From contig NC_042997.1 of the NCBI RefSeq assembly GCF_006345805.1, positions 44,392,001 through 44,456,000 on the forward strand: a DNA stretch of 64,000 nt. Direction: 5' to 3'. The position numbers and the translations under genes are program-made. This document shows positions 11,260-22,768 of the stretch, piece by piece; the stretch's first letter is position 1; each line of letters begins with the position of its first letter. The stretch comes from Octopus sinensis. Lineage: Eukaryota. The notes beneath the pieces were generated by a model. That model was not told the DNA's origin. It saw nothing but the letters and a program-made list of their open reading frames with translations, and searched no databases.

Positions 11260-12597
11260 ATATACATATACATGAATGCATGTATCTTTTTTCCTGAAGG
11301 ATGAAGGAGGAAATGTAGAAACGACGCATTAAGTAGTAACCACGGAAAAGTGATAAAGGAGTAGGAAGTGCATGTGACATGATGGAGGATTCCAACATTG
11401 ATCTTAAGGTAGTTTTGTATACCTCAATTAAAATAACTTGAATTTCTATTTAAGTAAACCAATCTGTGTTGGTGGCACGTAAAAAGCACCATCCGTTTGT
11501 GGCCGTTGCCAGCCTCGCCTGGCCCCCGTGCCAGTGGCACGTAAAAAGCACCATCCGTTCGTGGCCGTTGCCAGCCTCACCTGGCCCCCGTGCCGGTGGC
11601 ACATAAAAAGCACCATCCGTTCGTGGCCATTTGCCAGCCTCGCCTGGCCCCCGTGCCAGTGGGACGTAAAAAGCACCCACTACACTCATGGAGTGGTTGG
11701 CGTTAGGAAGGGCATCCAGCCGTAGAAACATTGCCAGATCAGACTGGGCCTGGTGCAGCCTTCTGGCTTCCCAGACCCCAGTTGAACCGTCCAACCCATG
11801 CCAGCAAGGAAAGCGGATGCTAAACGATGATGATGATGATGATGATGAATCTGTATCTTGAGAAGCTTGATCATTGTGCACTATACTATAAAAATATCCA
11901 GACAAAATAATCTGAAACGAAATGTGCGAATAGTCTTTAAAAGCCAATGTTCATGATGGGTGGTTAAGTTCAAAATAATAAAGAATTTTTTTACTTCCTG
12001 GGGTAGCAGAAGGGACAGTACCCTTGGCTTCTGCAGGACCTTCAACCAAATTTACTATTTGAACATGAAAAGCAGGAGTGGCTGTGTGGTAAGTAGCTTG
12101 CTTACCAACCACATGGTTCCGGGTTCAGTCCCACTGCGTGGCATCTTGGGCAAGTGTCTTCTGCTATAGCCCCGGGCCGACCAATGCCTTGTGAGTGGAT
12201 TTGGTAGACGGAAACTGAAAGAAGCCTGTCGTATATATGTATATATATGTATGTATGTGTGTGTGTTTGTCCCCCTAGCATTGCTTGACAACCGGTGCTG
12301 GTGTGTTTACGTCCCCATCACTTAGCAGTTTGGCAAAAGAGACCGATAAAATAATTTTTGGTGTATAATTAACATCTTTAAGAGAATGACCATGAAATTT
12401 AATTACGGAGTCAAAGGGTTAAAAAATATTGAAGATTGCTTGACCTGCTTACGTGATATGGTAGCATGTCAGTATTCATAACTGCCAAATACCATCACAC
12501 AATCTAGCAGCCACACTAACAAAAACTCTTACAGATACAGGTATAAATGTGTCTAAATTCCCTATAGAGGCCTGTCTACACAGACAGACATATTGAT

Positions 12598-13260
12598 TTT
12601 AAATTTTGGCTCAAGGCCGGCAGTTTCAGGGAAGGTGGAAAATCAATTACATTAACTGCAGCGCTCAACAGGTGCTTATTTTATCAACTCCAAAAGGATA
12701 AAAGGCAAAGTTACTTTGGCGGAATTTGAACCCAGAATGTAAAGACAAATGAAATGCCGCTAAGCATTTTGCCCAGTGAGCTAACAATTCTCCCTCTAAT
12801 GATAATAAAAATAATGATTTCCCTAATGGTTTCAAATTTTGGCACAAGGCCAGCAATTTTGTGGGTGGAGTTAATTTGATTACATCGACCCCAGTGCTTG
12901 ACAGGTAACTTATTTTATTATCTCTGAAAGGATGAAAGACAAAGTGAACCTCGACAGAATTTGAACCCAAAACATAAAGATGAATGAACACCACTAAGCA
13001 TTTTGCCCTGTGTACCAGTGATTTTGCCAGCTCTCTACCTAATGATAATAATAATCCTTTCTATTAAGGGCACAAGGCCTGAAATTTTGGGGAAGGGCAC
13101 AAATCGTTTACATTGACCTCATTGTTTCACTGGTACTTAATTTATTGACCCTGAAAGGATGAAAGGCAAAGTCAACCTTAGCGGAATTTGAACTCAGAAC
13201 ATAAAGACATGAAATGCCACTAAGCATTTTGCCTGGCAAGCTAACAATTCTGCCATCTAG
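12598..13260 (-). mobile_element. Three tandem diverged Meta-domain SINE copies
   Basis: Repeated GAAAGGATGAAAGGCAAAGTC..GGAATTTGAAC units. Confidence 0.75.
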
Positions 13261-13376
13261 CTGTTTTGACACAGACAGACATATTAATACTTGCACACAA
13301 ACGTTTGTGTAAGGTGGTATACATTTGTATACCAGCTTTAGATTGGTACACTATTATAAATTCAAAATAAGATATA

Positions 13377-13609
13377 CAGGGTGGACCAAAAGTAAGTTTA
13401 TAGTTATTCAACTATCTTTTACATTCATATGATAACTGTTTAGATCTTAATTATAAATAAATATGAAACCATTATTCTATGCTAATTTAGTTAATTTTGT
13501 CAAGCTCCCTTTTCAATTTGTAAGATAGAAATTTAAATGTAATAAAATGTTTTAAAAGAAATTTAAAGTACTTACGTGATAACTGTAAACCTACTTTTGG
13601 GCCAACCTG
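13377..13609. mobile_element. Tc1/mariner-type MITE
   Basis: TA|CAGGGTGGACCAAAAGTAAGTTTATAGTTAT ... ATAACTGTAAACCTACTTTTGGGCCAACCTG|TA: ~30-bp TIRs and TA TSD. Confidence 0.85.
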
Positions 13610-13905
13610 TATAGAAGAACTAACGTCTTATACTTACCTCAATGCAGTATGCCAGCATGACTGCAGTCTAATGTAATAAGTAAAACCAATGAAAGATAAA
13701 AGATAAACTCTCATGCGAAAACACATTTATACTCCTATATCTATATAAATATATATTTCAGTAAAAACAATTAAGATTCAAGTGAGTTCCAATGAATTCA
13801 CATGAATGCGGTACTTAACTTAGATGCACCAGAAATCTTTATGGTATTAACCATAAAATAATGTGGGGTGATTATAAACAAGAAAAAAGCAACAAGAATG
13901 GATTA

Positions 13906-14000
13906 GCTGTTCAGTACAATTGTTTCATACGAGGAACAGTTTTATTTAAAGCTGCAAATATTGCAGCAAATACAAGTGTCCCGTATTCATCAGCCAAAAC
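13906..14000 (-). ncRNA. Type I hammerhead ribozyme motif, long stem II
   Basis: Minus strand: GTTTTGG CTGATGA ATACGGG..CTCGTAT GAAAC AATT GTA CTGAAC; palindromic stem III ACAATTGT. Confidence 0.75.
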
Positions 14001-14279
14001 ACATATGAGTTTTCCAAACATCCTAGGGGGTGAGGCTACACTCATGAAGTATCGAAGTGAGTTCTATGAAAAGCAAAGTTAGATTGTAAGAAGACTTCAA
14101 AAGCTCTCTAATGAGTTTTCTGTGAAGCTAACAAACTTTTTTAAAAACCTTTTATAAAACTGTGCATCATTAGAGAGCTTTTGAAGTCTGCTTACAATCT
14201 AACTTTACTTTTCATAGAACTCTCTTCGATACTTCATGAGTGTAGCCTCACCCCGTTGGATGTTTGGAAAACTCATATG

Positions 14280-14373
14280 TGTTTTAGCTGATGAATACAG
14301 GACACTTGTATTTGCTGCAATATTTGCAGCTTTTAATAAATCTGTTCTTCGTATGAAACAATTGTACTGAACA
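14280..14373 (+). ncRNA. Type I hammerhead ribozyme motif (mirror copy)
   Basis: CTGATGA 14288-94, stem II ATAC..GTAT enclosing a GCTGCAA/TTGCAGC hairpin, GAAAC 14355-59, AATT, GTA 14364-66; stem I TTTAG/CTGAA. Confidence 0.72.
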
Positions 14374-15220
14374 ACTAATCCATTCTTGTTGCTTTTTTCT
14401 TGTTTATATAAATATATATGTGCACAGAATATAGTTATATAGATTTACCCACACACATATATCTTTAATTACACCCTGACAGATGTATATAGAGATGTAA
14501 CACTAAAAGATTACATTTATCTGTTCAGTAGACACACACATACACACACACATACACACACACACACATACACAAACATATACACACATACTTGCATCAA
14601 ATGTGAACTTCGATGACATTAACACACACACACATACACACACTCTTGCACTCACACACGTTTGCACACTCATGCACCTACAAATATACATGCTTGCGTG
14701 TGTGTGTGTATGTGTGTGTGCATGTATCTATACACATAAATATATATATTTTTTACACACACACATTTATTACATACACATATGTAAACATATACAAACA
14801 CTCGCACACATACACAAATATAGAAGCACTCATGAAGGTGTGCATATTGCATGTGTATAAATATAGCAATTAGTGGTTTAAATCAATTAAAGTTTGTAGA
14901 AAATGACAAAACTCATTGATGATGGTCCTCTATTTAGTGATGGTGGAACATACTACATTAGTAGAATGAAATTTATCAGTCAATTATTAATCATTTATTA
15001 ATCAAGTAACACTTTAGCAGCTGATTCAGCCATAGATTATATCTCTGTTATGTTTGGCCTTTGGAGTCTAAAACTGATTGAGTAAACTGCGGAGGTGAAA
15101 ATTGAAGTTCCAGACAAATCTAATTTTATGTGTATCTGTGTGTGTCCTTACATATATATACACACACTCACCCACCTCTGCATATATGTATTTATATATA
15201 TATATATATAAATATATATA

Positions 15221-15733
15221 CTAGCAGTATCGCCCGGCGTTGCTCGGGTTTGTAAAGGAAATAACTATATAAGCATTTTTAGAGAGTTACTTCCCTCATA
15301 GATGCCAATTCGGGCTTTCTTAGCCATTTCTGTTTTGGTGTCTTCAAGCCATGAAGTCGTTGTTCTAAAAGAACGCTGGTCTCCTTGACAACGCTTTACG
15401 ACATTGATTTCCTTACACTCCCTTCCCCACAGCTTCACGAGGGAGGGAAGAAGGGAGAGAAGCAAACAGGTGCAGGTGTGACCATGGACGCCAACTCTGC
15501 CGCCATCGATGCACGAAAAAATATGCATTAAAATGGAATAAAAAATTATGTTAAATTATTTTTAAAATCATAGACTCATCGTAGACGCGCACTAATACTC
15601 AGACGGGCTTGATATGAATCCCGACTATAAGATACCCGAATTTGGTTAAACTGCACCGCAAAATGTGGGAGTAGTTAGGAATCTAAATCGAAGGGGACAG
15701 ACACTCACACAACTAGAGTTTTATATATATAGA
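15221..15733 (-). mobile_element. Non-autonomous Helitron
   Basis: Minus strand starts A|TC and ends with hairpin CCCGAGCAACGCCGGG plus CTAG|T; same family at 31.05 and 32.22 kb. Confidence 0.85.
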
Positions 15734-15752
15734 TATAGATATATATATATAT

Positions 15753-15847
<95 letters not shown>

Positions 15848-15867
15848 CTCACACACACACATATATA

Positions 15868-17060
15868 TGAAACATCGATTAAAGAACAAACATCAAATTT
15901 GAGTCAATCACTTTATATAACACCACGCTTCCATACATTTGATCATATATAAATATTACCATGCCCTTTAACATATAAAGAATACATATATAAAAAACAC
16001 AGAAGGTAAAAAATACATATGCAAATAAAAATACAAATATATAGAATGGTCTATCAAGAAGGTATATACAATCAACAAAAAATTCTAAAGCATGTCATGC
16101 AACTAAAAATCTAAATAAGATATCAATCGATTAAGAAAAAAATTGTTTTTTTTTACTCCCCTCAATTAAAAATATGTCAAAAAAGTTCCTTTCATAAAAA
16201 CCATAGAAGATTGGAGTCCAGGAGCATAAGAGAGATCCACAAAATCAAGTCAAACACATCTACGACCATTTCGGGAGTTCACTGCCCGGGTTCACTTATG
16301 ATTTAAGGTGCATCTTGGCAATGACCCCACTCATCAGGATGAACAGGAATCTCAACAATTAGCCATTCATGGGAGTTACAAAATGGCTGCTAACCTAATT
16401 TAAAGATAATAATCTATCACAGAACCAGTCCAAATTTTCTAACACACACAAAATTTTATTTTATTTCATTGCTAAATTTGTAGGTGGCTGCTAATCATAG
16501 GAATTTTTACTACCCGGGTTCATAACCCAGTAAAACTAAACACTATTTACCACATCTAGTTTTACTTCTATATACTTCCAGAAAAGCAGAAGAAAACTTA
16601 TGGTTGCAAAAAGGGATTATCTCTGAAATTTATACACAACTTACACTTGTTAATATTAATACTAAAATAAAGGGCACTCAAGATAAGAGACCATTCAAGA
16701 GAGTAACTTTTTTTTATTCCTCTTTAAACCATGTACATAAGAGGCAAGTGTAGTGGAGTTACAATATTTTCTATTCAAAAACAAATTCATGTGAGCCCTA
16801 TACTTTGCCTTAAAATTGACAGTACTGCCTATGTAAAACCTATCCAAATTACCCTCCTCTTTAACAATGCATTTATAAATAACATTTGTAGTCAGACAGA
16901 ATCTGTCAAGGGAACATAACCTAGGGTTTCTACAATTACAGGATTTACCAGAACCACCTATATCCCTATTACTAACACTAACATTACTTATCTGGCTTCC
17001 AGCGTTCTTCCCTTGAGATATATCGTTACAGAGGTTTAACTCTTTAGTGTTCAAACCAGC
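15868..17060 (-). mobile_element. Penelope-like element 3' fragment (GIY-YIG, 3' UTR with hammerhead)
   Basis: CNCRNPRLCSLDRFCLTTNVIYKCIV...FYIGST..FKAKYRAH...STTLASYV; ends at (TA)n near 15868. Confidence 0.88.
16255..16345 (-). ncRNA. Type I hammerhead ribozyme motif in PLE 3' UTR
   Basis: TTCATC CTGATGA GTGGGGTCATTGCC..GGCAGTGAACTCCC GAAA TGGTC GTA GATGTG; stem I CATC/GATG; stem II 12 of 14 positions paired. Confidence 0.8.
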
Positions 17061-18371
17061 CGTAATCAGCCAAAATTAATTCCCCTTTAATTGTTCAAGC
17101 TGGCCATATCCAGCTGCTCTACAAAATCACTAAAGAAATAAACAAATCACATTACTGAATTCTTGTAGCTTTGAGATAATGCGAGATGAAGTCTTTCCAG
17201 CCTTTATTCAAGTATAAATACTGTGAAATTGTTTAGACCACATGGTTTTTTTCAATGTTTGAAGAGAAGTGTGTACCTTAGTTGTTAAAGAAATGGCACC
17301 AACAGCAACAACAACAACTACCATAATGGAATGGTACAGAAAGTTGGGTTCAAGAGCAGTAGCAGCTATAGGGCAGGGAAAGGGGCAGAGGGGAAGGTCA
17401 TAATGCTACTAAGAATAATGACACACACACAGACACACACATGTGCATATAAGAATACACATCATAGAAGAACAGAATGGAATAAGGAGAGCAAGAGCAC
17501 ACACGAAGACAGAAAATGTCACTGAAGAGGTCACAGATGTGTGATGAAAGAATTCTGGACAATGAGCATGAGTTAGAATAAGAACAATAATAAACGAGTG
17601 AAAAGCAAATGTATATTGTGTATTTGGCAAAAAAAAATTACCTTGGTAGATGGAAACTGAAAGAAGCCTGTCGTATGTATATATATATATATGCATGTGT
17701 GTGTATATGTTTGTGTGTCTGTTTGTCCTCGCCAACATTGCTTGATAACCAATGCTGGTGTGTTTATGGCTCCATAACATAGTGCTTTGGCAAAAGAGGC
17801 CAATAGAATAAGTACTGGGATTACAAAGAATAAGTCCTGGGGTCAATTTGCTCAACTAAAAGTGGTGCTCCAGCATGGCCACAGTCAAATGACTGAAACA
17901 AGTAAAAGAGTCTCCCGAAATACAATATCTGTTTCAACACACAATTTCACATCAGGATTCTGGCAACACTAATTCATAAAAATGTATGATAAAGAAGACT
18001 ATATATTAAAACTGACCCCAAAAAACAGTGACAAGTTAGATCTTTAACAAGTCTTTCTTCCTGATACCTTAGTAGCTTCTAAGCTGAAGTGAAGACAGCA
18101 TGTTCTTTGTCTATCACCTTAGCTTACTGGAGATTTTAGGTAAAATTATACTAATGTGTCCATCTGTTTTAATTTAATTTAATTCTATGTCTTTATGCAG
18201 CTGAGGATTGCTCTACATTTAAATTGATGTAATGATTGCATTGTTCAATTAAAAGGAGTTGCTTGAAACAATCGTACTGCATTACTTCTGGATATCCTTG
18301 TTGCTTATTTTGATATGTGTATATATAGTATATATATATTTATATATATGTATATATCTTATACATATATA

Positions 18372-18589
18372 TAAGGGGACACTGAAAAGTTCCTGGCTTT
18401 GGGTAAAAGAAAATACAGGAGGATCTGTTAATTATGATTTTATTCAACATATTCCCCCTCTCCGAATCACATACTTATTGCAGCGGTCCTTCAGTTTTTC
18501 TAAGCCCTGTAAAAGAACTCTGAAGGTTGGGCCTTCAACCAAGATTTTCATGACACCCTTAAAACCAGGACCTTTTCAGCACCCCCTTA
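18372..18589. mobile_element. Mariner-type MITE
   Basis: TIR GGGG..CTGAAAAGTTCCTGG / CCAGGACCTTTTCAGCACCCC in TA context; second copy at 31838-32058. Confidence 0.8.
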
Positions 18590-18925
18590 CCTATATATAT
18601 TATATATCTTATGCATAACAACATCGCAGATTTGAGGTACTTCCAGAGTTAAACAGTGGAGTTAAGAAAAGGAGATGTACAGAGGCATCACAGTCTTCTT
18701 CCCTGGTGATTTCAGACAAAAACTCTATCAGTCATTACAAAGAGTAAACTTGCTAATGAAATTAACAACATGCCTGAAAGTAAAACTATATATATATGGA
18801 GATGAGAAAATATTCATTTTCTGCCAATGAGGCTGTTGCACCTAATAGAAATGTCATAGCAGTTCAGTTTACAAAAGTTTCAATTTAACCAAAAACAATG
18901 ATCAGCCATTGGCTAACATTGAGAG

Positions 18926-18934
18926 TTGTCGTTG

Positions 18935-18979
<45 letters not shown>

Positions 18980-19069
18980 ACATCGTCGTCGTCGTCGTCG
19001 TCGTCATCATCATCATCATCATCATCATCATCAATCATCATCATCATCATCATCACCACCACCACCACC

Positions 19070-19100
<31 letters not shown>
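18926..19100. repeat. Compound trinucleotide microsatellite (CAT)n(CGT)n(CAT)n(CAC)n(CAT)n, an expanded RTE tail
   Basis: Direct reading; contiguous with a minus-strand RTE 3' end (19100-19535). Confidence 0.95.
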
Positions 19101-19101
<1 letters not shown>

Positions 19102-19139
19102 TATTTAGTGTTGATTTTCCATGCTTGCATGGGTTAGAT

Positions 19140-19373
19140 CAGTGATTCCCAAGGTGGGGCGTACGCCCCACTGGTGGGGCCTGAGAAAATTCAGGTGGGG
19201 CGCGGGGCATAGACGTGGGCTGTGAAAATATTTGTATATGACGAGTGGTCATCGCGGGCACAACCTTAGATTTACATGTACTTGTAAATGTGAGTGGACA
19301 TGGGAAAAGGTGGGGCGTAAAAACTTTTGCTATGAAAAAGTGGGGCGCCGGGAAAAAAGGTTGGGAAACACTG
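19140..19373. mobile_element. hAT-type MITE inserted in an RTE 3' end
   Basis: TIR CAGTGATTCCCAA / TTGGGAAACACTG; perfect 8-bp TSD GGTTAGAT (19132-39, 19374-81). Confidence 0.92.
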
Positions 19374-19721
19374 GGTTAGATGGTTTGACTGGAATTGATA
19401 AACCGAAGAGCTGCACCAGGCACCGGTCTGTTTTGGCCTAGTTTCTACAGCCGGATGCCCCTCCTAACACCAACCACTCCACAGAGTCTATAGAGTTCCT
19501 TTAACATGTCACCAGCAATAGGTGCCTTTAATGTGTCATTGAGTTGAGATGAAACTGTAGAAAAAAAAATTATCTAAACATCTCAGTAAATGCTATTGAA
19601 ATGACTATTCCAGCCTCTTACTAAATTATAAAAGCCTTGGCTTAATTGACATGGCATCCTAGCCCCCTCCTGCCTCATCCCAAATTGTGCTGGATATTAA
19701 CTTCACCATCACTCAATAAGT

Positions 19722-20108
19722 GGGTGGAAGCACTCCGTCGGTTACGACGACGAGGGTTCCGGTTGATCCGATCAACGGAACAGCCTGCTCGTGAAATTAA
19801 CGTGTAAGTGGCTGAGCACTCCACAGACACGTGCACCCTTAACGCAGTTCTCGGGGATATTCAGCGTGACACAGAGAGTGACAAGGCCGGCCCTTTGAAA
19901 ATACAGGTACAACAGAAACAGGAAGTAAGAGTGAGAGAAAGTTGTGGTGAAAGAGTACAGCAGGGATCACCACCATCCCCTGCCGGAGCCTCGTGGAGCT
20001 TTAGGTGTTTTCGCTCAATAAACACTCACAACGCTCGGTCTGGGAATCGAAACCGTGATCCTACGACCGCGATTCCGCTGCCCTAACCACTGGGCCATTG
20101 CGCCTCCG
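19722..20108 (-). mobile_element. Family B SINE with 12-bp TSD
   Basis: CACTCAATAAGT on both flanks. Confidence 0.9.
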
Positions 20109-21235
20109 CACTCAATAAGTATCAGATTATGCAAGTCAGCGTAATATTGTAGTTGATGTTAATGATGTTGTGCTGCCAGCGGTCCAACAGACTTTCTGCT
20201 TTCTTACAATCTGCAACTGAAAGTAGGAGAACCTATTTATTACTATGAAATTTGGTTGCATCAAAACTCTAGTAGTACAAGACTAGTAGTACAAGACTAG
20301 TAGTACAAGACTAGTAGTGCAAGGCTTCATGTGATCAAAGCCACCATTATTACTGGTTGGTTCAAGAAAGGTATTAGCATTCCCGTCATCCAATCAGATA
20401 TGCTCTTTCAGTTCAAGTTCCTTCAATTTCCAATGTCACTATCTTTTTCTGTGACCATCAACAAATTTTAGGGACAGTTCTTCAGGGTTTCTAGAGTTGA
20501 ACTGATAAGTCAATGTTTCTCTCATGGTCAGCTCTATGTTCCATGTTCACATGTTGGACAAGCAGGTATCTTTTCATCACAGTACCAAATGACAGAACAA
20601 AATGTGTTGTCTACCATAAACCTCATATTGAATAAAATATATTTCTGTTAGAATTGCTTGTTTGTGCTGCATATCAATATAGAAATACAAAACATATACT
20701 CTCTCTTTTACTTGTTTCAGTTGTTTGACTGTGGCCATGCTGGAGCACCGCCTTTAGTCGAGCAAATCGACCCCGGGACTTATTCTTTGTAAGCCCAGTA
20801 CTTATTCTATTGGTCTCTTTTGCCGAACCGCTAAGTGACGGGGACGTAAACACACCAGCATCGGTTGTCAAGCAATGCTAGGGGGACAAACAGAGACACA
20901 CAAACATATACACACACACTTATATATACATACATATATACGACAGGCTTCTTTCAGTTTCCGTCTACCAAATCCACTCACAAGGCATTGGTCGGCCGGG
21001 GGCTATAGCAGAAGACACTTGCCCAAGATGCCACGCAGTGGGACTGAACCCGGAACCATGTGGTTGGTAAGCAAGCTACTTACCACACAGCCACTCCAAC
21101 CATTAAGGTAGTAGAAGGGATAGCATGAGGGATGAAAACAATGCAATAGTGTGAGCAACCTGTTTATAAGTCATTCCTATTGCACATGATTGTAGCATAA
21201 CTCTTCCTCCTTGATGCAAGCAAATAATGGGTTCC

Positions 21236-21312
21236 GACAGAAACAATGTGGAATCTTTGAGTTCTTAATGAAAGACAAGTGCATGCTGTCTGACATCCAC
21301 AGAAGGCTATTA
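21236..21312 (+). mobile_element. Old mariner transposase N-terminal remnant
   Basis: QKQCGIFEFLMKDKCMLSDIHRRLL resembles mariner EQRAVIEFL...EIHRRL. Confidence 0.4.
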
Positions 21313-22204
21313 ATGAAGATGGCACTTTTGACAAGGGCAGATAGATGAAGTTTAACAAAAGGTGTAGTGAGACCTCAGCTGAGATTTGAATCATAGTTCT
21401 CAGATTTCCCCAGTTTCAAACCACAAACTAATGTAGCTCCATAAAAGGAAAAGTGTTGCCACAAAAGGTAAAAAATGCTTATTTGAACATGGCTTGAAAA
21501 ATCAGAACAAGCTGAATTATAACAGTTGAAGTAGCAAACATCAAACGAAGTATACAAGTTTTCCCAGCAAACAGTCTGCTTGAAGATTCTAGAACATTTG
21601 GTACCAACAGTAATAAATAGGTGAGTAAATTTCACCATTAGGCAGAACTATCCCAGGTTTACTAGGGTCATGTTGCTTTTTTCCTGCATAGTAGTCTTTC
21701 ACTTCTCTCACCTCATGGACCAGAGAGCAACAAGCCATCTAGGATAATCCATGTTGCTTGTCTCAGCAGGTTTCTCTCTCTCTCTCTCTCTCTCCCCTGA
21801 TTTGGCTTTTTTTATGTAACATGTTAATAGGATATCAACAAAAGACACTCACTTTAATTTGTAATTTCAGGTAATACATATTAATTATATGCAGTGATTT
21901 AAATTTATAATATTATTATCCAGAAGATTCCTAATGGTTATGTCTTTTAAATGTTATTTCATTAATTTATTAGATGTTCATTCATAGATATAACAATGTA
22001 AGTTAATAAAATATATGAAAACTCAATTAAACTTTAGTGCAGTCATTGTTTATACATGCAACCTACCTCACATTGTGAACAGTCTAAGAAGAATATATGA
22101 CTAAGCACCACACCAAAAAAGGAAACCAACATTTATGACAAAACCACACAGAGGGAATTCAACAATTCATCAACAGTTCAGCAGTACAGTTTAATGGTTG
22201 GTTC

Positions 22205-22396
22205 AACCATGATGATTTGATGATCTGATGAGCTTGCTTTCTTTATTTGCATTAATTTGTGAATATACAATTGTAGTGTATAATACTGAGCATACATTTT
22301 AATGCAAGTATGTATGCATAATTTCTTTCCGATTTAAATTAATACTACATGAACCAGGTTGCGAAACAGCTGTAATCCTGTGGAAGTCATGTGGTT
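22205..22396 (+). ncRNA. Type I hammerhead ribozyme motif with ~130-nt stem II region
   Basis: GAT CTGATGA(22225-31) GC ... GC GAAAC(22363-67) AGCT GTA ATC; palindromic stem III ACAGCTGT; extended stem I AACCAT/GTGGTT and ATGAT/GTCAT; AATAAA follows. Confidence 0.6.
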
Positions 22397-22729
22397 AAAT
22401 AAACATATATTCGCCTCTCATACCTCCTGACTTTATACGTTTTTATAGACTCCCCATGAAATAATTTCATCCATCAGATTTTCTGGATTTTTAGTTACAT
22501 GGACACTCTACATTACACTTGTTTGTAATTGATTTATGATGTAGACTGAGAGCTGAGTCTGTAAGAGGAGCTCTCTAGGATAGCTGTGCGATTATCTGAA
22601 TCCAGTGTGTGTGTGTGTGTGTTATTATTTCTAGCTCTCCTGTCTAACTACCTTTGTCCAGCCAGCCGCCATGATTGGCTGCTAGCCCCAAAAGTTCATT
22701 TATTCTCTCTCTGTTTATTTCCTTGTGTT

Positions 22730-22768
22730 CCTTTCTGTTGAAGAGCATAGGCTCGAAACATAAAATAC
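22730..22768 (+). ncRNA. Decayed minimal hammerhead-like motif (CUGUUGA core variant)
   Basis: CTTT CTGTTGA A GAGC ATAG GCTC GAAAC ATA AAA; homologous copy at 32103-32142(-). Confidence 0.45.

Larger units (their letters stand above)
13756..14408. mobile_element. Penelope-like terminal (pLTR) fragment in inverted fold-back configuration between (TA)n tracts
   Basis: Arms 13873-14114 / 14167-14408, 52-nt loop; left side extends ~115 bp further; each arm contains a hammerhead motif. Confidence 0.7.

Noticed and set aside
11470-11680. Regularly spaced ~59-bp repeats resembling a CRISPR array
   Set aside because: Whole units repeat with no unique spacers; they are RTE 3' UTR tandem repeats in a eukaryote.
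18898-19145. ORFs with poly-His/Ile/Asp/Ser tracts
   Set aside because: Translations of a (CAT)n/(CGT)n/(CAC)n microsatellite grown from an RTE tail.
20269-20321. (TAGTAGTACAAGAC)x~4 minisatellite
   Set aside because: Ordinary local slippage duplication.
21845-21876. TTTCAG|GTAATA possible recursive splice site
   Set aside because: No gene context or strand evidence; expected by chance in AT-rich DNA.
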